Positions 31,060 to 42,900 of a stretch of DNA of 64,000 bases are shown piece by piece (the first letter of the stretch is position 1; every line of letters begins with the position of its first letter). The DNA comes from Bacillota bacterium (GTDB lineage: Bacteria > Bacillota > DTU025): positions 576,001 to 640,000 of the forward strand of contig JBMNJT010000002.1 of the NCBI GenBank assembly GCA_050951805.1, given 5' to 3'. Position numbers and translations under genes: made by a program. The notes under the pieces are model-generated. The model had not been told where the DNA came from. It worked only from the letters and a program-made list of their open reading frames with translations, and did not search any database.

Positions 31060-31150
31060 GGAGAGATACCCAAGTGGCTGAAGGGGATGGTTTGCTAAAC
31101 CATTAGTAGGGGAAACCCTAGCGGGGGTTCGAATCCCCCTCTCTCCGCCA
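31060..31150 (+). tRNA. tRNA-Ser(GCT)
   Basis: Long variable arm, anticodon loop TT-GCT-AA, GCCA end. Confidence 0.95.
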
Positions 31151-31228
31151 GTTTTATTCTTATGGAGGCATGACCGGCTCGGAATAGGAGGTCATGCCCC
31201 TTTTCTTTGGACGCTGGGGGGGCGAGAC

Positions 31229-31987
31229 ATGGGCAAAAAGAATCATCTTCCAAAGCAATACCACACAAAGATCTGGCGGGCCATCTACGAATTCGGACTG
31301 ATTGAGCCGGATGATCGAATCCTTGTGGGCCTTTCAGGCGGCAAGGATAGCTTGTTCCTTACATATGCTTTGAAGATAATTCAGTCTTACTCCGCCATTC
31401 CCTTCACATTTGAGGCCGCCACGGTAGATATAGGTTTCTCCGACTTGTTTGACACCGCACGCATTGAGGAACAATGCGCATCGTTGGGTGTGGGCTGCCA
31501 TATCATCGGTACCCATATTGCCGACATAATAGAGGAACGCCGGGAGGACGAGAATCCATGTGCAGTATGTTCTTATTTTCGCAGGGCCGCTCTCAATCGC
31601 TACGCGTCGGAACATGGCTTCAATAAGGTGGCATTGGCTCATCATCAAGACGATGCGATGGAGACGTTTCTGATGAACATCCTCTACTCTGGGCGCGTGT
31701 ATGCCCTTCCATGGAAAACATACCTGTCCCGCACAGGGATAACCGTCATACGGCCTATGATGTATCTTTCCGAAAAGGATGTAGTCAAAGGGTTTAAGCG
31801 TACCGGACTCGAAGTTGTCGAGGCTTTCTGTCCGTATTCCGGGAACACGACACGTGCCAAGGTAAAACAGCTCATCCTCGATCTTGCGAAGGAAAATCGA
31901 AAAGTCCGTCCGAATTTGGCGGCAGCTATGCGCGATGGCGATGATGTGGAACTTTGGCCGCCAATTGTGCGTCATAACAGGAGCTAG
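31229..31987 (+). CDS. ttcA: TtcA-family tRNA thiolation PP-loop ATPase
   Basis: SGGKDS, PCAVCSYFRR, HHQDD, IRPM, CP. Confidence 0.85.
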   Translation: MGKKNHLPKQYHTKIWRAIYEFGLIEPDDRILVGLSGGKDSLFLTYALKIIQSYSAIPFTFEAATVDIGFSDLFDTARIEEQCASLGVGCHIIGTHIADIIEERREDENPCAVCSYFRRAALNRYASEHGFNKVALAHHQDDAMETFLMNILYSGRVYALPWKTYLSRTGITVIRPMMYLSEKDVVKGFKRTGLEVVEAFCPYSGNTTRAKVKQLILDLAKENRKVRPNLAAAMRDGDDVELWPPIVRHNRS

Positions 31988-31992
31988 CTTTG

Positions 31993-32022
31993 TTGACACG
32001 GGTTTTCTGAGATGCCTATAAT
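31993..32022 (+). promoter_or_regulatory. Sigma-A promoter of the LolA-like/RND operon
   Basis: TTGACA-N18-TATAAT. Confidence 0.6.
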
Positions 32023-32089
32023 AAGTGTGGTCGTCTATTTGCAGGGATGGGGGGCAGTATCGTGGAAGATGTTGTGCCTAGGGGGAAGT

Positions 32090-32803
32090 GTGAAGAAGCG
32101 GTGCGCTTTATGGGGTAGGCTTATTATGGTTTGCCTGCTCGGCGTCGCGCTTATTATGTGCAATATGGCGTCGGCCAATGCTGCTCCTTCAGGCGAAGAG
32201 ATCGCTGCAAAAGTGACAGAGAAGATCAAGGGAGTTGCCGCGCTTCAAGCGGATATCGCGTCAGAGTTTTCTGACCCTTCCAGTAAGTCTCCCACAAGAA
32301 TGACGATCCGAGTATCGGGCGACAAGGGCAGCGGCATCACTCGGATGGAGATCACCCAGCATCCAGTCTTCGAAGGGCAGATCATCATTGTTGACGTGAA
32401 GAAGGATTTGACGACCGTATACATGCCCGTCACAGGGCAGGCATACCGGGGCAAATCGGCTACTATGGCCACCCAGTTGGGGTTCGATGTAGGCGCCTTC
32501 GATCTTGAAAAGCTTCTCTCATTGGATCTGTCAGCCATGGTAAAGTGCAGCTACCTGCGTCAGGAAAAGGTGGACAGGCTTCCACACTATGTGTTGGAGA
32601 CGAGGGTGGTACAGAGCCCTCAAGAATATCAAATTGTCTGGGTTGACTGCGAGACATACACGATCAAAAGGGTAGAGGCTTACAATTCTCAGGGGAAAAG
32701 GGTTGCAACGATAATCATCAATAACCTCAAACTCGACACAAAAATTGATTCGAACAAGCTCCGGGAACTCCCCAAGGGAACCCGGATTACTGAAATAAAG
32801 TAG
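32090..32803 (+). CDS. Secreted LolA-like / outer membrane lipoprotein-sorting fold protein
   Basis: Signal peptide ending ANA; RMEITQHP.FEGQIIIVD, VYMP, IVWVD.ETY..KRVEAYN..GK pattern typical of the LolA superfamily. Confidence 0.7.
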   Translation: MKKRCALWGRLIMVCLLGVALIMCNMASANAAPSGEEIAAKVTEKIKGVAALQADIASEFSDPSSKSPTRMTIRVSGDKGSGITRMEITQHPVFEGQIIIVDVKKDLTTVYMPVTGQAYRGKSATMATQLGFDVGAFDLEKLLSLDLSAMVKCSYLRQEKVDRLPHYVLETRVVQSPQEYQIVWVDCETYTIKRVEAYNSQGKRVATIIINNLKLDTKIDSNKLRELPKGTRITEIK

Positions 32804-32831
32804 CGATCCGGGTCCTATGGGGGGTAGTCTA

Positions 32832-35800
32832 GTGAATATCGTAGAACGTTCAGTCAATCGACCAGTAACGGTGGGTATCCTAGTAGCGGCATGCATTCTA
32901 TTTGGCGTTCTCTCTCTGGACAGGATCGGTCTCGATCTTCTGCCCGACATAAATCTCCCGATGGCCGCGGTAGTTACGGTTTACCCCAATGCTGATCCTG
33001 AGACCGTTGAAAGCCTGGTGACCGCTCCAATCGAGCGGGCTTTAAGGTCTGTAAGGAACATAAAGGATGTTACATCCACTAGCATGGAGAACGTATCATT
33101 TTGCTTCTGCGAGTTTAACTGGGGGAGCGATCTTGGCGCCGCCCAGGAAGACATGCGGGTCAAGATTGATACGATGAAGCATGAATTGCCTGAAGGAACG
33201 CAGAGTCCCATCGTTACTCTGCTCGATCCGTCTCAGATCCCCATGATGATGGTAACTGTTGGCATGCCGGGTGATGTGGGCGATGTCACCCAAGCTACTA
33301 GAGAAGTGGTCAAGCCTGCCGTAGAGCGTGTTGGCGGGGTTGCCGGAGTCTCTATAAGCGGTGGGGCTGACCGGGTGATAAGCGTTGAATACGACCATGA
33401 GAAATTGGTGGAAAGTGGGCTCAGCCCGCTTCTGCTGCAGCAACTCATAACATATCAGAACTTGTCAATCCCGGCCGGCGTGGTAATAGACGATGGGGTA
33501 CGCTATCAGACCAGGGTGGGGGCTAAGTTTACATCTGCCGATGATATTGCCGATCTCGCCATTGGACTGAAAAAGCCAACTGAAAGCCCTGATGGTCTCG
33601 GAGGGTTCTTGGGTCTGTCTTTCTTCATGCCAACCTTCCTCACGGTCGGCGATGTCGCCAAAGTTGAGGAAACGTTTGAAAAGGCTGAAGGATATACGCG
33701 TGTGAATGGAAAGCCTGCTGTCATAATGATGATCTACAAGCAGTCGGGCGAGAATACGGTGACAGTGGCCAGGCAGGTGAGGGAGGCATTAGCCCAGCTC
33801 GGGCAGGAGCATCGGGCCATCGAGATAGGCTATGTGTTCGACCAGTCCACGTTTATTACGAGCTCTATAGACAGCCTTGCTGAAAACGCCGGTCTTGGGG
33901 CGGTTCTCGCTATCGCGATTTTGTTTCTGTTTTTGCGACACTTCGGGAGCACGCTCTTGGTAGCGATCTCCATTCCGCTTTCGATGATATTCGCGTTCGT
34001 GATGATGTACGCCTTTGATCTCACGGTAAACCTCCTCACCTTGGGTGGACTGGCTCTGGGTGTTGGAATGTTAGTGGATAACTCCATCGTTGTGTTGGAG
34101 AATATCTTTCGGCGGCAAGAACTGGGAGAGTCGCCGCGCGAGGCCGCGATTCAAGGCACAGCAGAGGTTTCGAGAGCTATTACGGCTTCTACTTTGACCA
34201 CGATTGCGGTCTTTCTTCCTGTTGTGTTCATCCAGAGCATGGCAGGGCACATTTTCAGAGATCTCGCCATGACGGTGACCTTTTCTTTGTTGGCGTCGCT
34301 CATAGTAGCCCTTACGGTCTTGCCATTGATGGCAAGTTCGTTCGTGCGCGTGTCCGATTCCTATATTGAACGCGCGAAACGGGATAGGAAGCGCAAGGAG
34401 TCTTTGGGTGGAATATACGATCGCATGCTCGATTGGGCGCTTGCGAAGAGATGGTGGGTGTTGGGCGCTATTGGGATCGCTCTCGTTGTGGCGCTCTTCG
34501 CTTTTCCCAGGCTTGGGACCGAATTCTTAGGGTCAATGGATATGGGAAGAGTCGATGTCGGACTTCATCTTCCTCCAGGGACTCCGGTAGAGGTTACTAA
34601 CGAGGTCTCGCTAAGAGTCGAGAACGAATTGATGAAGATTCCGGGGATCGAGAATGTCACTGCTGAAGTGGGTTCTTCCGGCAGCGGGGATTTTGTGGCC
34701 ATGGCTAGCGGCGGCAGCGCTAACCAAGCGTCGGTGGCGGTAAAGCTCTTACGTGAAGGAGAAACGATGACCTCGGTTGCAGAGGCTGGGGCCGAGATTA
34801 GGAAGATCCTCAGCGACATCAAATTGGACTACCCTGATCTCGAGTATTCAGTGGACACTTCGGGATATGGCGCTTTGACGGGTGGCAGTTCAGATTACCT
34901 GAGCAATAGTATAACGTTGGAGATAGCCGGGACAGATCCAAAGGAGATCTCGGATTACGCGGCCAGAATCGCCGAAAGATTGCGTAAAGAACCCGGATTC
35001 GTTGAGGTTGCTTCGTCGACAAAGGAAACCCAGCCTGTTATCTTGCTCGATGTAAACCGTACGAGGGCGCTCATGGGAGGGCTTACCGTGGGCCAGGTTG
35101 GGCTCGGGGTTCGCACCGGGATGTTCGGATCTACGGTGACATACGTGGAGCGAAATGGGGAGCTCATTCCCGTAATTGTGAGGCCGGCATCTGACGGAGT
35201 GCCTGATCTTGACAGTATTTTGAACATGCCGATTACGTCTTCGTTGAGCTCAGCAAGTTTGCTTGAGGGCGCGAGCGGGCTGGGAAGCAACGTTTCAGCA
35301 GCAGCCCGAACCAGTTCGAGTGCTATATCAACAATGCTGGCGCCATCCAACGAGGTTCTGGTGGGCAAGGTTGTGACGCCTGAGATAATTGATGGCCCGA
35401 TGACGATAAGCAGGCGCAATGGAAGGCGTTATGCCCTTGTGCAAATCGCGTTTGAAGGAATGAAGCTATCACAGGCGGGAAGCTTGGCTCTGTCTGCAGC
35501 CCACGAAGTGGAGGCGCCGGACGGCTGTTCTGTTGAACTTGCGGGCGTGAGCCGTGTCATAAACGAGGCATTCTCCGATTTGGGCCTCGCAGGCTGGCTC
35601 GCAGTGGTCCTTGTTTACATGGTGATGGCTATACAATATGAGTCTCTGCTTTATCCCTTGATAGTCATGTTTACGATGCCTTTGGCGGGTATAGGGGCCA
35701 TTGGATTCCTTGTCCTCACGGGCCAGAGCATCAGTATAACCTCGATCATTGGGCTGATAGTACTTGCTGGCATAGTGGTGAACAACGGCATTGTGTTGGT

Positions 35801-36101
35801 TGACTTCATCAACCAGCTCAAAGCGGAGGGAATGGCGACACGCGAAGCGGTTCGCGAGGCGGGCAGGGCGCGTCTGAGGCCGATCCTCATGACGGCGCTC
35901 ACCACGATCCTCGGCCTTGTGCCGCTGGCCATCGGTCATGGGGCAGGTTCTGAGCTTCAGCAGCCGATGGCCATAACGGTGATTGGCGGCCTTACAACCG
36001 CCACATTTCTGACGCTATTTGTGATCCCGATCGTTTACGAGCTAATGGATGAGCTTGCCCAGAGGCTGAGCCGCAAAGGGGGCACGGTAATTGAAGGATA
36101 G
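32832..36101 (+). CDS. RND transporter permease (AcrB/SwrC-like)
   Basis: RPVTV, LDLLPD, GMLVDNSIVVLENI, GIVVNNGIVLVD, RLRPILMT, PMAITVIGGL. Confidence 0.95.
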   Translation: MNIVERSVNRPVTVGILVAACILFGVLSLDRIGLDLLPDINLPMAAVVTVYPNADPETVESLVTAPIERALRSVRNIKDVTSTSMENVSFCFCEFNWGSDLGAAQEDMRVKIDTMKHELPEGTQSPIVTLLDPSQIPMMMVTVGMPGDVGDVTQATREVVKPAVERVGGVAGVSISGGADRVISVEYDHEKLVESGLSPLLLQQLITYQNLSIPAGVVIDDGVRYQTRVGAKFTSADDIADLAIGLKKPTESPDGLGGFLGLSFFMPTFLTVGDVAKVEETFEKAEGYTRVNGKPAVIMMIYKQSGENTVTVARQVREALAQLGQEHRAIEIGYVFDQSTFITSSIDSLAENAGLGAVLAIAILFLFLRHFGSTLLVAISIPLSMIFAFVMMYAFDLTVNLLTLGGLALGVGMLVDNSIVVLENIFRRQELGESPREAAIQGTAEVSRAITASTLTTIAVFLPVVFIQSMAGHIFRDLAMTVTFSLLASLIVALTVLPLMASSFVRVSDSYIERAKRDRKRKESLGGIYDRMLDWALAKRWWVLGAIGIALVVALFAFPRLGTEFLGSMDMGRVDVGLHLPPGTPVEVTNEVSLRVENELMKIPGIENVTAEVGSSGSGDFVAMASGGSANQASVAVKLLREGETMTSVAEAGAEIRKILSDIKLDYPDLEYSVDTSGYGALTGGSSDYLSNSITLEIAGTDPKEISDYAARIAERLRKEPGFVEVASSTKETQPVILLDVNRTRALMGGLTVGQVGLGVRTGMFGSTVTYVERNGELIPVIVRPASDGVPDLDSILNMPITSSLSSASLLEGASGLGSNVSAAARTSSSAISTMLAPSNEVLVGKVVTPEIIDGPMTISRRNGRRYALVQIAFEGMKLSQAGSLALSAAHEVEAPDGCSVELAGVSRVINEAFSDLGLAGWLAVVLVYMVMAIQYESLLYPLIVMFTMPLAGIGAIGFLVLTGQSISITSIIGLIVLAGIVVNNGIVLVDFINQLKAEGMATREAVREAGRARLRPILMTALTTILGLVPLAIGHGAGSELQQPMAITVIGGLTTATFLTLFVIPIVYELMDELAQRLSRKGGTVIEG

Positions 36102-37146
36102 CAAGAAGTGGACCGTCGCTGCGCTGCTTGTTACTGTATTTTTGTTTAGCTCTTCGGTGGCGAACGCGGCTTCAATCACTGTTGTAGAGGGGACCCCTGT
36201 TTTCTTCGGGGGGTTGTCAGTTATGCATTCTGAAGACGGCCCGCTCAATCTCGAGCTAAACTGGCTTGGAATTGCGTCCGACCTCGATTGGGAAGGCGCT
36301 ACACTGCGAATAGGCGGGGCTATCTGTCCGAGTTCGCCTGCATTTAGTGAAGGATCGGCCGCCTACACCTTTGGCGTGGGAGCCGAGATGGCTAGGGTTT
36401 TCAGCCTTATGGCTGCAGCCGAAGGCTCGGTTATGGCATATCTTCAGGATTGTGGGGATGGGCCAGTGATGGCGTTGGTCGGCCAGGCAACGGGGTCCAC
36501 GGCTCGAATAGGATTGAGAACGAATTTCGGCGTGGTGCCCAGCGGATTTGACGAGCAGCCCGCTCGTCTAATCGGGCAGAGTGACTGGAGTGATGAGCCT
36601 GGAAGGGATCTGACAGGTAGGGGCTGGATAGACGTGGTTGGAGCCCTTCAAAGCTCGCGAACGAGAGCTGACTCCTGGAAAATTGGATATATGAGGGAGC
36701 TTGGCGAATCCGATTGGCGAACAGATATCGGGTACATTGCGAGATACAGCCCGGAGGATCTTGGCGTTGCGATAAAATTCTACTCCGGTCTGGCTTTTGG
36801 CGAACCTCGAGTGATGCTCCTGTCGAAGCTGACATTGAGGGCCGACGTGACGGACAGTTCAGGGGCGGAGATCGACCTTGTTGTACAGGGCGGGGGAGGC
36901 TCCGAATATGCTTGGGTTTCCGGGACGGGTTGGCTTTCGCTTGGCGACCGGGCTGATCTGAAACTGAGGATTTGCGCTCCGATCATGAGTGAGCATGAGT
37001 ACGACGGGCCAGAGCTTTTTGAGCCGATAGACTGGGCGGCTTTCGCTGTAGGCTTGGATTTTAACGAGGGCATCATCTCCAGTGTGACCGCGAGATACGA
37101 TCTGCGAACCAAGGCGATCGGCCTGGAGCTTGCATCGAGATTCTGA
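36091..37146 (+). CDS. Putative outer-membrane beta-barrel protein
   Basis: Signal peptide ending ANA; alternating amphipathic strands; C-terminal IGLELASRF with terminal Phe; overlaps the RND stop. Confidence 0.6.
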   Translation: MKDSKKWTVAALLVTVFLFSSSVANAASITVVEGTPVFFGGLSVMHSEDGPLNLELNWLGIASDLDWEGATLRIGGAICPSSPAFSEGSAAYTFGVGAEMARVFSLMAAAEGSVMAYLQDCGDGPVMALVGQATGSTARIGLRTNFGVVPSGFDEQPARLIGQSDWSDEPGRDLTGRGWIDVVGALQSSRTRADSWKIGYMRELGESDWRTDIGYIARYSPEDLGVAIKFYSGLAFGEPRVMLLSKLTLRADVTDSSGAEIDLVVQGGGGSEYAWVSGTGWLSLGDRADLKLRICAPIMSEHEYDGPELFEPIDWAAFAVGLDFNEGIISSVTARYDLRTKAIGLELASRF

Positions 37147-37337
37147 GCTAGAGGCTGACAAGGCTGGCAATCAATGGGATGCCTGGCTTGCCAGTGGGCA
37201 GCTCGATTCCGTTTCATCTTGGCGATGCAAAATCATGGCCGCCGAATTACAAACGTGTAGTGTGGCCCTGGGACCGGCGAGGCAGAGTTGCTCTTCGGGG
37301 TCCCGGGGTCAAGAATTACAGACGGGGGATTCTAAGC

Positions 37338-38900
37338 ATGACGGAGAGATCAGAAAGCGACGACGTAGCCATTAGTTTAGATATATCATGTTGCGGGGGA
37401 CCTGCCGTAGATGACCTGGCATGGGATAGCGGCAATAGGAACGGGTGTGATAGGGGCGCAGTGAGCGAAGTTGGGTCATGCGAGATGAAGGATGATTCGG
37501 TTCAGGAATCGGGGGGCGCATCCCAGGGGATATTTTCCGGAGTCGACTTAGACGAGATGATGTCGCATCCATCTGCTATGCGCAAATCGATCTTGGCCCT
37601 TGCGTGGCCCGTAGTGACCGAGCTTGTTCTGCAGACGGTTACCCAGATGGCGGACATGATCATGGTTGGCAGGCTGGGTTCCCAATGCGTTGCCGCTGTA
37701 GGTCTTTCAAATCAGCCGTTTAACATAATTCAGGGGTGTTTTATGGGCATCGGAGTCGGCACTACGGCCCTAGTGGCGCGGTTTATGGGAGCGGGAGACG
37801 AGGGCCGCGCTGACCGCGTTACCGCTCAATCGTTGGCTATCGGGAGCATTCTTGCAGCGGTCTTTGCCGTGTTCGGCTACTATTTCACTCCCAACTTTGT
37901 TCGCTTTATGAAGGCAGGCCCTGATGTGGTCCCTTATGCCGAAAGCTACATGCGCGTTCTCATGCCGGGGCTATTCATGCTTGTCATAAATATGATAGCT
38001 TCATCTGCCCTTCGAGGCGCCGGTGATACGCGGTACCCCATGAGGGTCAATATTGTCCTCAATCTTGCCAATATTGTGGGGAATTACATACTCATATACG
38101 GGAAGTTCGGCGCCCCTGCTCTTGGCGTCACAGGTGCAGCTTTGTCTACTACAATCGCACGAACGATCGGAACTGCAATGCTTCTTTGGCATCTGTTTTC
38201 GGGAAAAGGCAGAATCTCTGTGCGCACTCAGGGTGAGCGTTTTCGGTTCGACCCGGTGCTTATCCGCAGGGTCTTTGCCGTGGGTTTGCCGGCCTCCCTT
38301 GAACGTGTCAGCTTGAGTCTGGGAATATCCTTCTATGTCAGGATAGTCTCTGCTCTGGGCACTGCGGCCTACGCAGCGCACGCGATTGCTATTAATGCCG
38401 AGGGGATCTCTTACATGCCCGGTTTTGCCTTTGCGGTGGCAGCCACCACAATGGTTGGCCAGGCGCTTGGGGCGGATAGGCCCGATGTGGCTGAACGGGC
38501 AGGCATCGAGTCATGGAAGATGAGCGCGACTATAATGGGTCTCATGGGCGTGGTCCTATTCTGCTTTCCCGACGCCCTGATGAGGCTGTACGGGGACGAC
38601 CTGGAAATCATCAGTATGGGCGCAGAGGTCCTGCGTATCATGGCCGTAGCTCAAGTGCCAATGGCCACTTCCTATGTCTTTGTGGGCGCCCTTCGCGGGG
38701 CTGGAGATACGAGAGCTGTTCTGATTTTCACTATGGCGTGCGTTTGGGGAGTGCGTTTCTGCCTCGCATGGCTGTTTGTGAATGTATTTGGCTGGGGCCT
38801 TGCAGGCGCTTGGTATGCAATGGCTATTGACTGGGTGGCTCGGGGCACAATAGCCGCTCTGCGCTTTAGGAGCGGCCATTGGAAACAGATGCGCATTTGA
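37338..38900 (+). CDS. MATE family efflux transporter
   Basis: LAWPVV, DMIMVGRLG, LRGAGDT twice, GVTGAALST; start uncertain (37338-37485). Confidence 0.93.
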   Translation: MTERSESDDVAISLDISCCGGPAVDDLAWDSGNRNGCDRGAVSEVGSCEMKDDSVQESGGASQGIFSGVDLDEMMSHPSAMRKSILALAWPVVTELVLQTVTQMADMIMVGRLGSQCVAAVGLSNQPFNIIQGCFMGIGVGTTALVARFMGAGDEGRADRVTAQSLAIGSILAAVFAVFGYYFTPNFVRFMKAGPDVVPYAESYMRVLMPGLFMLVINMIASSALRGAGDTRYPMRVNIVLNLANIVGNYILIYGKFGAPALGVTGAALSTTIARTIGTAMLLWHLFSGKGRISVRTQGERFRFDPVLIRRVFAVGLPASLERVSLSLGISFYVRIVSALGTAAYAAHAIAINAEGISYMPGFAFAVAATTMVGQALGADRPDVAERAGIESWKMSATIMGLMGVVLFCFPDALMRLYGDDLEIISMGAEVLRIMAVAQVPMATSYVFVGALRGAGDTRAVLIFTMACVWGVRFCLAWLFVNVFGWGLAGAWYAMAIDWVARGTIAALRFRSGHWKQMRI

Positions 38901-38929
38901 TCGATGATTTGAGAGATGGGGCGGTCAAT

Positions 38930-39349
38930 GTGAGGGTTAATTCTAAAGCGGCAACGAGGTATACCGTCTTGCTTCTCGTGATAATAGGAATTCTCATAGC
39001 AGCGCTGGTGTTCTCCAATGAAATGACTGATTTGCAGCTAATCGAGGGATGGCAGTTGGCGGCCCTTGAAGGCATGGTTTATCTTACAGCCTGCTATAAC
39101 TGGGATCGCAAGGCCGACGTTTTGGCTGTCTTCATCCGAGCGCTCGCCATGATGGCGGCTAGGGCAGGGCTTGCAGCAATCGTTGCCTTCGGGATCGGGC
39201 GATGGTGGGCTCTTGGATCTTACACGGAGGCATTTGCTCAAGCCATTCACGCTTCTCAGCCCGCTGTGACAGCGCAGATTGCGTATATAGTTCTTCTCTT
39301 TGCCTGGCCGTTCAGAGTCATGCGCAAGCCAGACTGGAACATCTGGTAG
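38930..39349 (+). CDS. Small hypothetical membrane protein (about 4 TM)
   Basis: Hydrophobic helices; directly follows the MATE gene. Confidence 0.6.
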   Translation: MRVNSKAATRYTVLLLVIIGILIAALVFSNEMTDLQLIEGWQLAALEGMVYLTACYNWDRKADVLAVFIRALAMMAARAGLAAIVAFGIGRWWALGSYTEAFAQAIHASQPAVTAQIAYIVLLFAWPFRVMRKPDWNIW

Positions 39350-39933
39350 CATGTGGTCTGTGTTTCTGATTACTGGCGATCATGGCGTGTGATGAATGGC
39401 GGGCTTTGGCTCATCTGGATCCGCTGCAAGGCTGGGTGGGGATGATGGGGGAGATGGGACCAGGTTGCGCAAACGCGTCGCTTGGGGTAACCGTTGAATA
39501 CGACGTTGACGTGATCTCATGGCGCGTGTGGGCTTAGGGCTTTTGGGGCGATGCGTGTCACAGCTGCCTCCTGACAAGTTTGATCTGTTTTTTGGGGATT
39601 GCTTCACTCTAGTCAATATCTTCTGTCATCTACACTGATATCATTTTCCCGATAGTCTTCAGGTGTACGCTCCTTGCCTTGCTTGCCTAAAAGTGCAGGA
39701 AGGCAAAGGTATCCTTGCTAATTATCGATATAATGGAATACAAAACGAGATATGAGAAGATGTGAAGAACATGGAAGGGGAAAAGGCTATGTGTGACGAA
39801 TAGAAGGATAAGTTGAGCGGAGTAGACTCTATTTTTGCACACTTTGGAGGTGGTAAGGGCTGATTATGCCATGATTTATTTCCAATAGGAATCAAGTGAC
39901 GGAACTTAAACATTTGACGAGGGGGGAACACAT

Positions 39934-42900
39934 GTGTCGAGATCCTCTATTTGGAGGCGCGGCGCAATTGTTGCGATCATCGCAGTCATGCTCGCAGGTT
40001 TTGCTGCAAGCGCAGCGCCGAACCTGCCGGCTATCCCCAAAACCCCTATGGGTTCAGAAGAGTTCGTACCCGTCAGTAGGGGATACAGAGAGCCAGAATA
40101 TATCGACGGCGAGATTATCGTGCAGCTCAAACCGATGCTTACAGTATCCAGCGCGGTTGGTATGGAAGCTGCTGTTGAAGGATTTCACCTGCTCAATGTC
40201 GAGCTTGGGGCCGAGATAGTAGAATCGATGAGCGTTGGCCACGATGCTGAGCTGTTCCTGGTGCGAATTCCAGCCAGCATGAGCGTGGATGAGGCTGTTT
40301 TGACATATCAATCGAAGAAGTTTGTCGAACACGCCGAGCCAAACTATCTCTGGTACCCAGAGGCTCCGGTTTTCCCGAATGACCCTCACTTTGTGCGAAC
40401 CTGGGGTATGCACAACATAGGACAGGATTTTTCTCCTGGCCTGTTTTGGGAGAAGGGCATTCCCGGAGCCGACATCGGCGCGCCTGAAGCGTGGGGCGTG
40501 CGCACCGACGCATCTTCAGTTATAGTGGCCGTCATTGACACGGGTATAGATATCAATCACCCGGACCTTGTGAACAACATCTGGGTCAATGAGGTCGAAC
40601 TTGACGGAGTGGATGGAGTCGATGATGATGGCAATGGCTACATCGACGACATCTACGGATGGGACTTTGCCAACAACGATAACAGTGTATTTGATGATGC
40701 GGTAGCTGATCGCCATGGGACACACTGTGCAGGCACGATCGGCGCTAAGGGCAACAACGGTCGTGGGGTTGCCGGTGTGGCCTGGGATGCTCAGATCATG
40801 TCGTGCAAGTTCATTCACGGTCAGAGCGGATCAACGTGGAATGCGATCAAGGCGATTGAGTATGCTTCGATGATGGGTGCCAGGATCGCAAGCAATTCTT
40901 GGGGCGGTGGTGGGAAGAGCGAGTTCTTGGAGAAAGCTATTGCAGATTCAGGCATGTTGTTCGTCGCTGCTGCAGGAAATGCGGGCGTGGACAACGACAT
41001 CATTCCACATTACCCATCTTCTTACGATCTGCCAAATGTTATCGCTGTGGCTGCATCTGACTGGAACGATAACCTAGCTAGTTTCTCCTGCTATGGCGCA
41101 GAGAGTGTAGACTTGGCAGCTCCTGGCTATTGGATTCTCTCTGCATATGCGGGCAGCACTGGATATGTATGGATGGGCGGCACGTCCATGGCCACTCCGC
41201 ATGTAAGCGGCGCGGCTGCGTTAGTAGCAGCGGAGTATCCAGAGATGCCGCTGTATCCCGGAGCGGAGGGGTGGAGCGAGGGTCAACTCACAGTCAAGGA
41301 TGTCCTGCTCTTGTCGGTAGACAGGGGCCCAGCTTTTGCAGGCCGGATGACTTCTGGAGGCAGGCTGAACGTGGGCAACGCCATCAAAATGGCATTCCCC
41401 GCCGTGATCGAGTCCGCGGCGGCGGATGTCACGTTCGGGTCAGGTCCGCTGGCGGTCAACTTCTCGGCTCAGGTCGAGAATTCAGTCGCAGTGGCCCAGT
41501 GCTGGTGGTCGTTTGGCGACGGCTCGGCTCCTGTGTACTCCTACGACGCGTCACATACCTACACCGAGGAAGGCGTTTATCTGGCATGGTTTAATGTTCG
41601 GAGTCATGCCGGCATAGAGTCGAAATGGCCGGTGCAGGTTGTTGTGGCGAATCCAGGAACCATTGTGTACATCGATGACGATGGAGGGTTCCCTTTTGAG
41701 AACTTCTTCTTGGCTGCGTGTGAGACAGCTGGGCTTGACTGTGTGGTCGTCGACTCCAGGTATCCGCTGGGCCTTCCCGACGACTTCAATGATAGGTTGT
41801 TGGTGTGGAATACTGCTTTCTCATGGAGCGATACGCTCCTACCGGATCAAGAAGAATTCTTGGCCAGATTCCTGGACAATGGCGGCAGGCTTCTGATGAT
41901 ATCTCCCGATTATTTGTATGACATGGGAGACCTGACGCCCTTTGCCGAGCAGTATCTGCACGTATGGGACTATGCAGACAACATTCCGATGGGACAGTGG
42001 GACGGCATTGCCGGAGATCCGATCACCGACGGCATGTCGATTACGGGAGAACTAGGCATGGAGCTTGAGGATGCCCTCTGGCCCGATCTCAACGCTAGGC
42101 CCATTTTCGAGGGCGAGTTTGTGAGTTACACGCTATGGCCTGCGCTAAGATACGCTGATGAAACCTACCGGGTGGTATTCACCACTGTGCCGTGGGAAGA
42201 GCTCCCCATGGTCTATGAGGATGAAGAGGGCAACGTGGTTAACCCTGATCCCAACAACTCGGCGTACTTTCTCACCAAGGTCTACGACTACCTGATGCGT
42301 GAGATAAACACCCCGCCCACAATCGACAAGGTCGAGGCAAGCACCTACTTTGCGGAAGTGGGCGAAAAGATAGCGTTCACGGCCAAAGCTCATGACGTCG
42401 ATGGGGATGCCCTCATGTACAGCTGGGAGTTTTACAGCATTGAGGATCCCATGAGGGGCCAGACAATCCAGGTAGCTTTCGATGAACCCGGCGTGTACGA
42501 AGGCATTCTGATGGTGGAGGATGACCGGGGCGAATCGACAAGGTTGCCCATCGTCGTTGTGGTTGTCAATCCAGGTGCGGTGCTGTTCGTAGATGACGAC
42601 GATTCAGATGGTGACACCGAGAGCTATTTCTTCGACGCTTTCGACACCATCGAACAGGAATACTTGGCAATCACTCCCGACCTCGCAATAGGGGAGAGCG
42701 GCGCGAAGGCCGGGCTTGAGCGTTTCAATGTGGTATGGAACTGCGGCGAACTCGGTGGCCTGAACGAACTGGAACAGATGGCGGTTGCTGATTTCCTCGA
42801 TAAGGGCGGCTCGCTGTTCCTCGCTGGTCAGGAAGTCATGTTCGAGTTGGCGTACGGATCTTCGAACGGCATGAAGTTCGCCCGGGATTATCTGCACGTG

